This document shows positions 49,565 to 61,750 of a stretch of 64,000 bases of DNA, piece by piece. The notes under the pieces were generated by a model. It saw only the letters and a program-made list of their open reading frames with translations. It made no database searches and had not been told where the DNA came from. Source of the DNA: Macrostomum hystrix (taxonomy: Eukaryota; Animalia; Platyhelminthes). How positions within the stretch are numbered: position 1 is the first letter of the stretch; each line of letters starts with the position of its first letter. The position numbers were made by a program, and so were the translations under genes. The stretch spans positions 5,704,001 to 5,768,000 of the forward strand of contig CATNEN010000038.1 of the NCBI GenBank assembly GCA_950097015.1. Direction: 5' to 3'.

Positions 49565-50330
49565 CCAGATCCCCATGACACCATTCTCCCAGATCCACAG
49601 GACACCATTCCCCAGATCCCAGGACACCATTCTCCCAGATCCCAGGACACCATTCCCCCAGATCCCAGGACACCATTCCCCCAGATCCCAGGACACCATT
49701 CCCCCAGATCCCAGGACACCATTCCCCCAGATCCCAGGACACCATTCCCCCAGATCCCAGGACACCATTCCCCCAGATCCCAGGACACCATTCCCCCAGA
49801 TCCCAGGACACCATTCCCCCAGATCCCAGGACACCATTCTCCCAGATCCCCATGACAACATTCTCCCAGATCCCCATGACATCATTCTCCCTGATCCCAG
49901 GACAACATTCTCCCGGATCCCCATGACATCATTCTCCCAGATCCCCATGACACCATTCTCCCTGATCCCTAAGGCACCATTCCCCCAGATCGCAAGGACA
50001 TCATTCTTCCAGATCCCCATGACACCATTCTTCCAGATCCCCATGACACCATTCTCCCTGATCCCCATGACACCATTCTCCCTGATCCACCTGACATCAT
50101 TCTTCCTGATCCCCAGGACACCATTCTCCCAGATCCCCATGACAACATTCTCCCAGATCCCCATGACATCATTCTCCCTGATCCCAGGACAACATTCTCC
50201 CGGATCCCCATGACATCATTCTCCCAGATCCCCATGACACCATTCTCCTGATCCCTAAGGCACCATTCCCCCAGATCGCAAGGACATCATTCTTCATTGA
50301 TCCCATTGACACCATTCTCCCTGATTCTCA
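49565..50330. repeat. 22-bp minisatellite (CCCAGATCCCAGGACACCATTC)n
   Basis: Tandem array between the YccV gene and the CCR4-like gene. Confidence 0.95.
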
Positions 50331-50370
50331 GTCATATTTTATCCTTTCATGGCTCCCTCGCCGCATTCAG

Positions 50371-52102
50371 GCTGACTCGTGGAAGCCTTTCCCTCGCGTT
50401 TGGACCGGCCCTGGAGCCCAGGGCGGCCCGGAGCACCTGACCGTGTGCACTTACAATATTCTTAATGAGAAATTTGTCTACCTGGGTGGCTACGAGTACT
50501 GCTCGGCTGACTTGAAGGGTTCGGCTTTCCGCTGGAAGCGAATCATCGCGGAATTGGCCGAGTTTCAAGCCGATTTGATCTGCTTTCAGGTAGCTTTAAC
50601 CTGCTTTTTAAATACTTCTCTTCTTATGACCCTAGGAAATTTCAGATCCTCAAATCTACATCCAGATCCTCAAATCTACATCCAGATCCTCAAATCCACA
50701 TCCAGATCCACAAATCTACATCCAGATCCACAAATCTACATCCAGATCCTCAAATCCACATCCAGATCCTAAAATCTACATCCAGATCCTCAAATCTACA
50801 CCCAAATCCACAAATCTACATCCAGATCCACAAATCTACATTCAGATCCTCAAATCTACATCCAGATCCTCAAATCCACATCCAAATCCTAAAATCTACA
50901 TCCAGATCCTCAAATCTACATCCAAATCCTCAAATCTATCGTTGCTATAAAATTTTCCTTGATAGGAGGTCAACTATGACGTCATGGACTCAGAAATCTG
51001 GGCCCAGTTTGAGACTCTTGGCTACAGTCACGTGACTTCGCCGTTGAAATCCAGCGTGGCCCTTCTAACCCTGTACCGGCCCAGTAGGCTGACTGTGCTA
51101 GAGTCGCGCACCGCCTTCATGGACGTGCTGGCTAACGAACTGCCCGGAGTCAATGCCGACGCGTTAAAGGAGATTGGCGCGGGTGAGTGGAGGTACACAC
51201 GCACACAGATGTGTACATCTGCCGTGAAATTCTAATTGCCGCCAGTCAGTGTACATTCTAACTAGGCCTTGTTGTTGGCCCAAACGGACGTAAATTTCAC
51301 AACAAGCCCCTATAAAGCACAGGACTCCGGCACAGGAACCTTGTTGCGAGTGGAAATGGCGGTTAAAAGCTCTGCCACTTACCCTCTACTGACTCGCCTA
51401 CTTACAGTAGAAACATGCGCGCATTGCTATTGTCCTTTTATTAGTACACCATTATTCGCTACTTGCACTACTGACAGTAGAAATAACAAAATTGCAATTT
51501 TAGGCAACTACTCGGCCCAGCTGACCGCCTTCCGTCTGGGCGCCGACTCCAACCGTCACGGCCCACCTGCGCTGGTCGCCGCCAATCTGCATGTCCGATG
51601 GGAGAGCTACGCCAAGCCGGCTGTCAAGCGGCTGCAGATCCTTGCCGTGTGGCGCGCCGCTTGCCGGATGTCAGCCGGGCACCGCATCGACGGCCGGCCC
51701 TGCCCGCTGCTGCTGCTTGGCGACTTCAATTCGCGCCCCTTTGACTCGCCCTACGCCACGCTGAGCGGCGGGGACGCCGGCCTCGCCTCGGAACCCGACG
51801 AGTCGCTGGTCTGCGTCAAGGAATTCGCCAGCGTCGCAGTAGCTGCCCGCGCTGAACTGGTCGGAGATCAGCCGCTGGTCAGCGCCTACGCAGCCGTGAC
51901 TGGCCAGGAGCCGCCGAGCACCAGCCACTGTGTGGACATTGACGGAGAGTCCTTCGGCTGCCTCGACTATGTCTGGTGCTGTGGTCTGCAGCCTTCGGCC
52001 GCCCTGCTGACTCCACCGGTTGACTTGGTCAGGGATTTGCCCAATGAGCGCTTCCCGTCTGACCACCTGCCCATTGTGGTGCGACTGCGACTGACTGACT
52101 GA
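50371..52102 (+). CDS. CCR4/nocturnin/Angel/PDE12-family EEP nuclease without an LRR domain; exons 50371-50589, 50966-51182, 51504-52102; no in-frame genomic ATG in exon 1
   Basis: TVCTYNILNEKF..YEYC, ADLICFQ|EV, ANLHVRW..VKRLQ, LLLGDFNSRP, CLDYVW, FPSDHLPI. Junctions are frame-consistent. Confidence 0.88.
50643..50938. repeat. 20-bp minisatellite (CCAGATCCTCAAATCTACAT)n, intron 1 of the EEP gene
   Basis: Tandem array. Confidence 0.94.
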
Positions 52103-52224
52103 CTGACTGACTGACTGACTGACTGACTGACTGACTGACTGACTGACTGACTGACTGACTGACTGACTGACTGACTGACTGACTGACTGACTGACTGACT
52201 GACTGACTGACTGACTGACTGACT
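52089..52224. repeat. (GACT)n microsatellite
   Basis: Perfect tetranucleotide run overlapping the EEP stop codon. Confidence 0.98.
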
Positions 52225-52523
52225 TCAATCTAGATTTTCATAAAATTTTGCCGATAATTTCTACTTAAAACTTTCCACGACGAATACAGTGCAATTTGAT
52301 GTTTTAATCCAACTTAAAAAAATATGAGAGCGTTCATTTTTATTTAAATTCCGCTCCGTCTTTTCAGATTAAGAAAATAGTATTGACTTCGCTAAATTGT
52401 TTCGCTTCTTGTTTAGTTTTTCTATTCAACACTAAATAAAAACATATATATCGTCATACAAAAGAATACGCTCGTAGACTCGGCCCGCCTAGCTTGGGAT
52501 CCGTGTTTGAGCGAAAATATGAC

Positions 52524-54070
52524 ACTGTCTCATCTCTCCCCTCCCCTGTCTCATCTCTCACTGTCTTATCTCCCCCCCTGTCTCATCTCTCACTGTCTTA
52601 TCTCCCCTCCCCTGTCTCATCTCTCACTGTCTTATCTCCCCCCCTGTCTCATCTCTCCCCTCCCCTGTCTCATCTCACTGTCTTATCTCCCCCCTGTCTC
52701 ATCTCTCAGTCTTATCTCCCCCTGTCTCATCTCTCAGTCTTATCTCCCCCCTGTCTCATCTCTCCCCTGTCTTATCTCTCCCATGTCTCACCTCTCACCT
52801 GTCTCATCTCTCCCATGTCTCACCTCTCCCATGTCTCACCTCTCACCTGTCTCGTCTCTCCCATGTCTTATCTCTCCCCTGTCTTATCTCTCCCATGTCT
52901 CATCTCTCCCCTGTCTTATCTCTCCTATGTCTCATCTCTCACCTGTCTCATCTCTCCCATGTCTTATCTCTCCCCTGTCTCATCTCTCCCATGTCTCACC
53001 TCTCCCATGTCTCACCTCTCACCTGTCTCATCTCTCCCATGTCTCACCTCTCCCATGTCTTATCTCTCCCCTGTCTTATCTCTCCCATGTCTCATCTCTC
53101 CCATGTCTCATCTTTCCCCTGTCTTATCTCTCCCATGTCTCATCTCTCACCTGTCTCATCTCTCCCCTGTCTTATCTCTCCCATGTCTCATCTCTCACCT
53201 GTCTCATCTCTCCCCTGTCTTATCTCTCCCATGTCTCACCTCTCACCTGTCTCATCTCTCCCATGTCTCACCTCTCCCATGTCTCACCTCTCACCTGTCT
53301 CGTCTCTCCCATGTCTCATCTCTCCCATGTCTTATCTCTCCCCTGTCTTATCTCTCCCATGTCTCATCTCTCACCTGTCTCATCTCTCCCCTGTCTTATC
53401 TCTCCCATGTCTCACCTCTCACCTGTCTCATCTCTCCCATGTCTCACCTCTCCCATGTCTCACCTCTCACCTGTCTCGTCTCTCCCATGTCTTATCTCTC
53501 CCCTGTCTTATCTCTCCCATGTCTCATCTCTCCCATGTCTCATCTCTCCCCTGTCTTATCTCTCCCATGTCTCATCTCTCACCTGTCTCATCTCTCCCAT
53601 GTCTTATCTCTCCCCTGTCTCATCTCTCCCATGTCTCACCTCTCCTATGTCTCACCTCTCACCTGTCTCATCTCTCCCATGTCTCACCTCTCCCATGTCT
53701 CACCTCTCACCTGTCTCGTCTCTCCCATGTCTCATCTCTCACCTGTCTCATCTCTCCCCTGTCTTATCTCTCCCATGTCTCACCTCTCACCTGTCTCATC
53801 TCTCCCATGTCTCATCTCTCACCTGTCTCATCTCTCCCCTGTCTCATCTCTCCCATGTGTCATCTCTCACCTGTCTCACCTCTCTCATGTCTCACCTCTC
53901 ACCTGTCTCATCTCTCCCCTGTCTTATCTCTCACTTGTCTCATCTCTCACTTGTCTCATCTCTCACCTGTCTCATCTCTCACCTGTCTCATCTCTCACTG
54001 TATCATCTGTTCCCTGTGTCAACTCTTTCCTGTCTCATCTCTCTCTTCTGTCTCATCTCTCTCTTCTGTT
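52524..54070. repeat. Pyrimidine-rich ~16-17 bp minisatellite (TGTCTCATCTCTCCCA-type)
   Basis: Tandem low-complexity array; ORFs open in three frames are repeat artefacts. Confidence 0.95.
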
Positions 54071-54316
54071 TTCTGTCTTAACTCTGCCCTGTCTCAGCTC
54101 CCCATAATAGCAAAGTATGTAGTCTCTCCATTATATTTTAGCATAATAGCCTATTAGGCCGTGGAATGCCCTCAGCTTTTGGTTTGCTATTTTTACGGGA
54201 CTTTAAAGGTGCGCCTTTAAGCAAGCAGTTTCGCATATGTGCCTAGCAAAAGCAATTTAGTTTAGAATCAGACTAGAGCGAAGGTGTCTGCGAAGCTCCG
54301 TTATACAAGCCAAGCT

Positions 54317-57300
54317 ATGAACTGGGATAAATTGCAAATACTACAGACAATTGCTTGGCTTTCGCTCTGCGCCACTTGTATTTTCGGTAAGCCTTCGAAT
54401 GAATAAAGTTACATGCATGAACATTGGAATCTACGAGTAGAAACTGAAGAGACGCAAATGCCCATAACAACTTTTAAAATTTTAAATTTTGAAAATCTGT
54501 TGCACGATAGGGAAGTTATCAGTGTTTTTCTCCCAGTGATGCATCCGAGTTTCCTATCTGCCCGGTGTCTTTTCGGGACAGCCTACACTGGTCTGGAAAA
54601 TGGGGATTTGTCAAGGAATTTTCTCTCCAGTTTTTAGATTCAGAGCTTCATGCTAAATGCAATGGTATAAATGAAAGACTGTTATTAATTAACAAAATTG
54701 GTAACTGCTATTATTAGCTAGACACTGTGCTTGTTCGCGTCTACTCCAAGTAGGTCTCAGCAAATATGCTTCCGGATGTAAAAGTGTGTACTTGTTCACA
54801 TTTGCAGCCCTGGAAATACAAAACGACGCCTGGCCATGTTTTCAATCGAGCCTGACCGAAGGAGACCTGACTAATCTGCTGAATCCCCGACCTAGTGCGG
54901 ACTTGACACTGCTGCTAAACCTACCTTTCGGCTACGTGTTCTGCTCGCCTACCAAGTATAGGTTTGCAACTCTTAGTACTTGTATATGTTTTCAGTCCTT
55001 CAGCCAGATCCTCAAGTGACCGCATGGTTCTCCCAGATCCCATTAACATCTACCAGATCCTCAGGTGACTGTTCCCCCAGATCCTCAGGTGACTGTTCTC
55101 CCAGATCCTCAGGTGACTGTTCCCCCAGATCCTCAGGTGACTGTTCTCCCAGATCCCATGGACATCTACCAGATCCTCAGGTGACTGTTCCCCCAGATCC
55201 TCAGGTAACTGTTCCCCCAGATCCTCAGGTGACTGTTCTCCCAGATCCCATGGACATCTCCCAGATCCTCAGGTGACTGTTCTCCCAGATCCTCAGGTGA
55301 CTGTTCCCCCAGATCCTCAGGTGACTGTTCTCCCAGATCCTCAAGTGACTGTTCCCCAGATCCTCAGATGACTGTTCTCCCAGATCCTCAGGTGACTGTT
55401 CTCCCAGATCCTCAGGTGACTATTCTCCCAGATCCTCAGGTGACTGTTCTCCCAGATCCTCAGGTGACTGTTCTCCCAGATCCTCAGGTGACTGTTCCCC
55501 CAGATCCTCAGGTGACTGTTCTCCCAGATCCTCAGGTGACTGTTCTCCCAGATCCTCAGGTGACTGTTCTCCCAGATCCTCAGGTGACTGTTCCCCCAGA
55601 TCCTCAGGTGACTGTTCTCCCAGATCCTCAGGTGACTGTTCTCCCAGATCCTCAGGTGACTGTTCTCCCAGATCCTCAGGTGACTGTTCCCCCAGATCCT
55701 CAGGTGACTGTTCTCCCAGATCCTCAGGTGACTGTTCTCCCAGATCCTCAGGTGACTGTTCTCCCAGATCCTCAGGTGACTGTTCTCCCAGATCCTCAGG
55801 TGACTGTTCCCCCAGATCCTCAGGTGACTGTTCTCCCAGATCCCATGGACATCTACCAGATCATCAGGTGACTGTTCTCCCAGATCCCATGGACATCTAC
55901 CAGATCATCAGGTGACTGTTCTCCCAGATCCTCAGGTGACTGTTCTCCCAGATCCTCAGGTGACTGTTCCCCCAGATCCTCAGGTGACTGTTCCCCCAGA
56001 TCCTCAGGTGACTGTTCCCCCAGATCCTCAGGTGACTGTTCCCCCAGATCCTCAGGTGACTGTTCTCCCAGATCCCATGGACATCTACCAGATCCTCAGG
56101 TGACTGTTCTCCCAGATCCTCAGGTGACTGTTCTCCCAGATCCTCAGGTGACTGTTCCCCCAGATCCTCAGGTGACTGTTCTCCCAGATCCTCAGGTGAC
56201 TGTTCTCCCAGATCCTCAGGTGACTGTTCTCCCAGATCCTCAGGTGACTGTTCTCCCAGATCCCATAGACATCTACCAGATCCTCAGGTGACTGTTCCCC
56301 CAGATCCTCAGGTGACTGTTCCCCCAGATCCTCAGGTGACTGTTCCCCCAGATCCTCAGGTGACTGTTCCCCAGATCCTCAGGTGACTGTTCTCCCAGAT
56401 CCTCAGGTGACTGTTCCCCCAGATCCTCAGGTGACTGTTCTCCCAGATCCCATGGACATCTACCAGATCCTCAGGTGACTGTTCTCCCAGATCCTCAGGT
56501 GACTGTTCTCCCAGATCCTCAGGTGACTGTTCCCCCAGATCCTCAGTAACTGTTCCCCCAGATCCTCAGTAACTGTTCCCCCAGATCCTCAGGTAACTGT
56601 TCCCCCCAGATCCTCAGTAACTGTTCCCCCAGATCCTCAGTAACTGTTCCCCCAGATCCTCAGTAACTGTTCCCCCAGATCCTCAGTAACTGTTCCCCCA
56701 GATCCTCAGTAACTGTTCCCCCAGATCCTCAGTAACTGTTCCCCCAGATCCTCAGTAACTGTTCCCCCAGATCCTCAGGTAATTGTTCCCCCAGGTTTCC
56801 CGGACACCATAATACTAGACCCTTGGTGATAAAATCTCCCAGATCCTCAGCTGCCTGTACACCAAATCTATAGATGACTACTCCCAGATCCCCAGGACAT
56901 TCACTAAACCCAAAGTTGACGATTCTCCTAGATCCTTTCTGATAACAACTATCCCTATTCTGGGTCCTAATTAGTCCTAATAGTGATGAGAGTGATCTCC
57001 GTGGCATTACTCTCCAAGATCGGTTAAGACATCAATTATTTCAGGTTCATCAGCATCGGACCCTATATTAAGCGTCATCAGCTCAGACTAAACGCTTCGC
57101 AACCTTTCTTCGGAGGCCGTTCTTCAGCCGCCTTCAGTGACGATCCGGACCTTCTGGTCAAAGACGTCAGCTTCGCTTCGGAGAGCTTTGGTTTCGACTA
57201 TCTGGTTCATGAGTCGGATGGCCTGTTGGAGAATACCGAATACTTTGTGGCTTTCACAGGCTGCAGCAGTCCGCTGCTATGCAGGACGATTGTCCTGGCG

Positions 57301-58959
57301 AAATTCACCACAGTGAGACAGCGCGGCGGAGATGTGGACGACAAAAACTACCTGGTCAACTTGGTCATTCTCATAGCTATCTGCATAGCTTCCGTATTCA
57401 TTTTAGGAGTTTTTGCAAGTGGACTTGTATGGTTTTTTTGCTGCCGGTAGGTATAATCTGTTTCGCATTTTACTAATCCGTTTTTTTCAAACTAGTTTGT
57501 CATACAGGCAAGCATTAAGTGACAAAGCGGTTTGCGCGTTGCGAAGGGCAGATGTACACACCTGTATGCCTGCTTATGCCTGCTGTGTGCGTGTGTGCTC
57601 AGGAGTCAGCGAAATGGGCAGAATTGCCTCCACGCTGGCTGCAGGTCTAGTGTCACCAAATGATGTGCTAGGTGAACCCATGACTAATTTTTTTGTTTGT
57701 TATTTTTGCCTGACTAAACCCAATTACACAGGCGTGGAAGACTAATGGGCACAGCATTGCGTCGACTCAATGAATCTGGGAATTCACGGACAAGCCGATC
57801 GCAACAGTAAGTGAAAATTGTGGATTAGTCCATTAGTCTCCCTGTTTCACACTCGCACTAAATATTGCAGGCAAGATCGCGGTCTTGACATTTTGAGCTA
57901 TTCGAATCGCAATGAGCAGCCAGCAACTGCTGGGGCCGATGCAATTCAAATGGAAACGATTTCGTAAGTTGCAATTTTAGCATGCAGTCAGTCCTTTGAT
58001 ACTTCAGTACTCAGAATGAAGTATTTACAAATCCAAGTTATATTGAAGTCAAACAAAGGTTCCTAAGTTCAAATTAAGGTCTATGAGTTCAAACAAAGGT
58101 TCATGAGTTCCAACAAAGGTTCATGAGTTCAAACAAAGGTTCATGAGTTCAAACAAAGGTTCCTAAGTTCAAACTAAGGTCTATGAGTTCAAACAAAGGT
58201 TCATGAGTTCCAACAAAGGTTCATGAGTTCAAACAAAGGTTCATGAGTTCAAACAAAGGTTCCTAAGTTCAAACTAAGGTCTATGAGTTCAAACAAAGGT
58301 TCATGAGTTCCAACAAAGGTTCATGAGTTCAAACAAAGGTTCATGAGTTCAAACAAAGGTTCCTAAGTTCAAACTAAGGTCTATGAGTTCAAACAAAGGT
58401 TCATGAGTTCCAACAAAGGTTCATGAGTTCAAACAAAGGTTCATGAGTTCAAACAAAGGTTCATGAGTGCAAACAAAGGTTCCTAAGTTCAAACTAAGGT
58501 CTATGAGTTCAAACAAAGGTTCATGAGTTCCAACAAAGGTTTATTAATTCAAACAAAGGTTCATGAGTGCAAACAAAGGTTCATGAGTTCAAACAAAGGT
58601 TCATGAGTTCCAACAAAGGTTTATTAATTCAAACAAAGGTACATGAGTGCAAACAAAGGTTCATGAGTTCAAACAAAGGTTCATGAGTTCAAACAAAGGT
58701 TCATGAGTTCAAACAAAGGTTCATGAGTTCCAACAAAGGTTCATGAGTTCAAACAAAGGTTCATGAGTTCAAACAAAGGTTCATGAGTTCAAACAAAGGT
58801 TCATGAGTTCAAACAAAGGTTCATGAGTTCAAACAAAGGTTTATGAGTTCTAACAAAGGTTCCTTAGTTCAAACGATGCTTGTACGTCGATTCTCATCTC
58901 TTAAAAGTTTCAGCTCAACTGGAAGCGAAGAATCGGAAAGAAGGTCATCTGTCAAGTAA
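54317..58959 (+). CDS. Uncharacterised type-I membrane protein (signal peptide, FN3-like ectodomain, one TM, short tail); exons 54317-54386, 54808-54961, 57045-57446, 57732-57806, 57871-57963, 58914-58959; ~279 aa
   Basis: MNWDKLQILQTIAWLSLCATCIFA signal peptide, GLLENTEYFVAFTGC (FN3-like), TM LVILIAICIASVFILGVFASGLVWFF followed by CCRRGR. Five GT-AG introns with compatible phases (1,2,2,2,2). Last exon uncertain; alternative stop at 57967. Confidence 0.65.
55003..56790. repeat. 24-bp minisatellite (CCCAGATCCTCAGGTGACTGTTCT)n
   Basis: About 1.8 kb array in intron 2 of the membrane-protein gene. Confidence 0.96.
57546..57685 (+). mobile_element. 5'-truncated copy of SINE family C
   Basis: GCAGATGTACACACCTGT...GTGCTCAGGAGTCAGCGAA...GGTCTAGTGTCACCAAATG matches 61650-61750. 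Confidence 0.75.
58048..58873. repeat. 20-bp minisatellite (GAGTTCAAACAAAGGTTCAT)n
   Basis: Tandem array with a 100-bp higher-order pattern at its start. Confidence 0.96.
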
Positions 58960-59514
58960 GACGAACCGCAGTTCTTCAGCTCGTATTTCTTATCTTCCAA
59001 ACTGCTGCCCCACTACACATATGGCACCTTCAAATTTCAGTATTAACAAATCCAGCAAGATAGTCAAGCAAGACAATATCGATTGAACGTCCATTGTACA
59101 GGTAAAAACTGGCTGATTAGCGTAATACTCATCATTCAAAGCAGAGAAAATTGAGAGACAGTCCTGTCTTATAGCAACAGAATAACCCCTTTTTCATATG
59201 GAGCAAGCAAGGCTCAGAACTATTGCACGGCTAAACAATAGTGGCTTCTCGCTCGCTTCATTTCCAGTCCAGTACATTGTACGCAAGTCTATCCTAGGGC
59301 AATATACCACATCACACACCAACAGAGACAGGAGGTAGAACTTTTAGCTTGTTTTGCTGCCGTTTAAGAAGCTCATAACAAGGCACTAGTGTAGATTTAT
59401 GGGCGTACACAAGCGGTGTACACATTTGTAAGCATATAGAATAAAATTTGCCTGACATCTATTGTCATCAGTCCGAGCTGTAAAGAGAGACTATCAAAAA
59501 CTATAGATGGTTTT

Positions 59515-60360
59515 AGAAGAGTGACTGAAGCTGGGAACAGTTTGGGAAGAGTGACTGAAGCTGAGAACAGTTTGGGAAGAGTGACTGAAGCTGAGAACAG
59601 TTTGGGAAGAGTGACTGAAGCTGAGAACAGTTTGGGAAGAGTGACTGAAGCTGAGAACAGTTTGGGAAGAGTGACTGAAGCTGAGAACAGTTTGGGAAGA
59701 GTGACTGAAGCTGAGAACAGTTTGGGAAGAGTGACTGAAGCTGAGAACAGTTTGGGAAGTGTAACTGAAGCTGAGAACAGTTTGGGATGAGTGACTGAAG
59801 CTGAGAACAGTTTGGGAAGCGTGACTGAAGCTGAGAACAGTTTGGGAAGAGTGACTGAAGCTGAGAACAGTTTGGGAAGAGTGACTGAAGCTGAGAACAG
59901 TTTGGGAAGTGTGACTGAAGCTGAGAACAGTTTGGGAAGAGTGACTGAAGCTGAGAACAGTTTGGGAAGAGTGACTGAAGCTGAGAACAGTTTGGGAAGC
60001 GTGACTGAAGCTGAGAACAGTTTGGGAAGAGTGACTGAAGCTGAGAACAGTTTGGGAAGATTGACTGAAGCTGAGAACAGTTTGGGAAGTGTGACTGAAG
60101 CTGAGAACAGTTTGGGAAGAGTGACTGAAGCTGAGAACAGTTTGGGAAGAGTGACTGAAGCTGAGAACAGTTTGGGATGAGTGACTGAAGCTGAGAACAG
60201 TTTGGGAAGAGTGACTGAAGCTGAGAACAGTTTGGGAAGAGTGACTGAAGCTGAGAACAGTTTGGGAAGAGTGACTGAAGCTGAGAACAGTTTGGGATGA
60301 GTGACTGAAGCTGAGAACAGTTTGGGATGAGTGACTGAAGCTGAGAACAGTTTGGGAAGA
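59515..60360 (+). repeat. 30-bp minisatellite (GTGACTGAAGCTGAGAACAGTTTGGGAAGA)n, left arm
   Basis: About 28 copies. Confidence 0.97.
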
Positions 60361-60888
60361 GAGCCCAATAACAAAAATGGCAGTAACAGACAGTCTGACA
60401 CCGCCCTGAAATTTCAGATTGTGTCCCACCTGAGCTGTTCCGATTTTTCCCCGCGACATCTGAGCCAAGTCACCTCTGCGAATTGCGTTAGGATTTCTTG
60501 TGCAGGATTACTTGATAAACGATGTTTTCTGCCATCCAAACTTTGCACTTTTTAAATATACACACTTCAAAGAGCTGTAATCACACAGCTCTGAATTTAC
60601 AAAGGAGGATTTTAATGTATTAATAACGTGTCTATAGTATCATTTAGTGTGTCATTTACTGGTCCGCTGGAGCATTATCGATCCAAACACTTAAGAATTA
60701 AGAATACAATACATAATATTTATTAAACAATAATAGCTGTTACGACTTTATATTGGTGGTTTTTGACACCAAACTTTCCGAAGAGAACCGTTGAATATCT
60801 TGACGTTGCCGATGTTTTGTGATTCTGAAAGTTGTCTCATCGGATAGAAGGGAAATCTTATTTCGCTGACTATTTTCATGGCGGTTTG

Positions 60889-60963
60889 TTTGTGAGATTT
60901 TGTGAGATTTTGTGAGATTTTGTGAGATTTTGTGAGATTTTGTGAGATTTTGTGAGATTTTGT
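60889..60963. repeat. 10-bp repeat (TTTTGTGAGA)n
   Basis: About 7 copies. Confidence 0.93.
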
Positions 60964-61451
60964 TGTGCGCCGTAAAGGTATGCATACTGCGTGTGTTGCA
61001 GGACCCACAATCTTCCAAATCATTTTTCTTCGTGACTTCTCTGCCCCGTTCCGTCTTAAGTGCGCTGCGCCCTCCCGACGCAGTCTGGCCAGCCCTCCAA
61101 TCCGGTTCTCCGGCTAGGCTTGTTCTCGCTTAGCCGGAGTTATCTGATTGGTTGGAGCTTAGGGTCGAACTAAAGCTCCCTTCATCTGAGAAGTCTGAGG
61201 ATTCAGATGTGTATCATGCATTCATATGACAGTTTTCATACGACGTATATTGACAGTTTTCACGTTGCTGGATCATTATGACTTCATAGTGACTTATCTA
61301 TCACATTTTGACTACATGTCACTACTATTACATTGTACATGGTCAACCAAAACAGGTATTCGTGGCGTACAAATCACTGTACTGTGTATGGCCACGTACG
61401 CTCGTAAATTTTGTGCATAAATTTGGCATGATATAAGATAGGCTACTTAGG

Positions 61452-61750
61452 AGAGGTGAGTGGCCGAGCGGTTAACGCGTTCGACTCTCGCACTAATATT
61501 CCTGAGTTCGATTCCGCGGCGAGGCCACATTCATTTGGGGCGTAGCCGTGGAGAGAATGCTTGGGGGCTTGTCGTGCAATTTAGCATGCTTGAGGGCCAA
61601 CCTCCATGGCACTGGGAGAGTGTACACTGCCTGACGGTAAGAAAGTCAGGCCAGATGTACACACCTGTGTGCTTCTGTGCTCAGGAGTCAACGAATTGAG
61701 GCAGAACTGCCTCCTCTGACTGCGGGTCTAGTGTCACTAAATGGTGTGCC
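61452..61750 (+). mobile_element. tRNA-derived SINE (family C)
   Basis: A box TGGCCGAGCGG (61461), B box GTTCGATTCC (61506). Body shared with 63778-64000 and 57546-57685. Confidence 0.8.

Noticed and set aside
52494-54157. Three overlapping 420-537 aa ORFs
   Set aside because: Low-complexity pyrimidine repeat lacks stop codons in all frames.
61620-61662. Possible hammerhead ribozyme (CTGACG...GAAA-GTC)
   Set aside because: No CUGAnGA core with stems II and III; explained as a simple hairpin.
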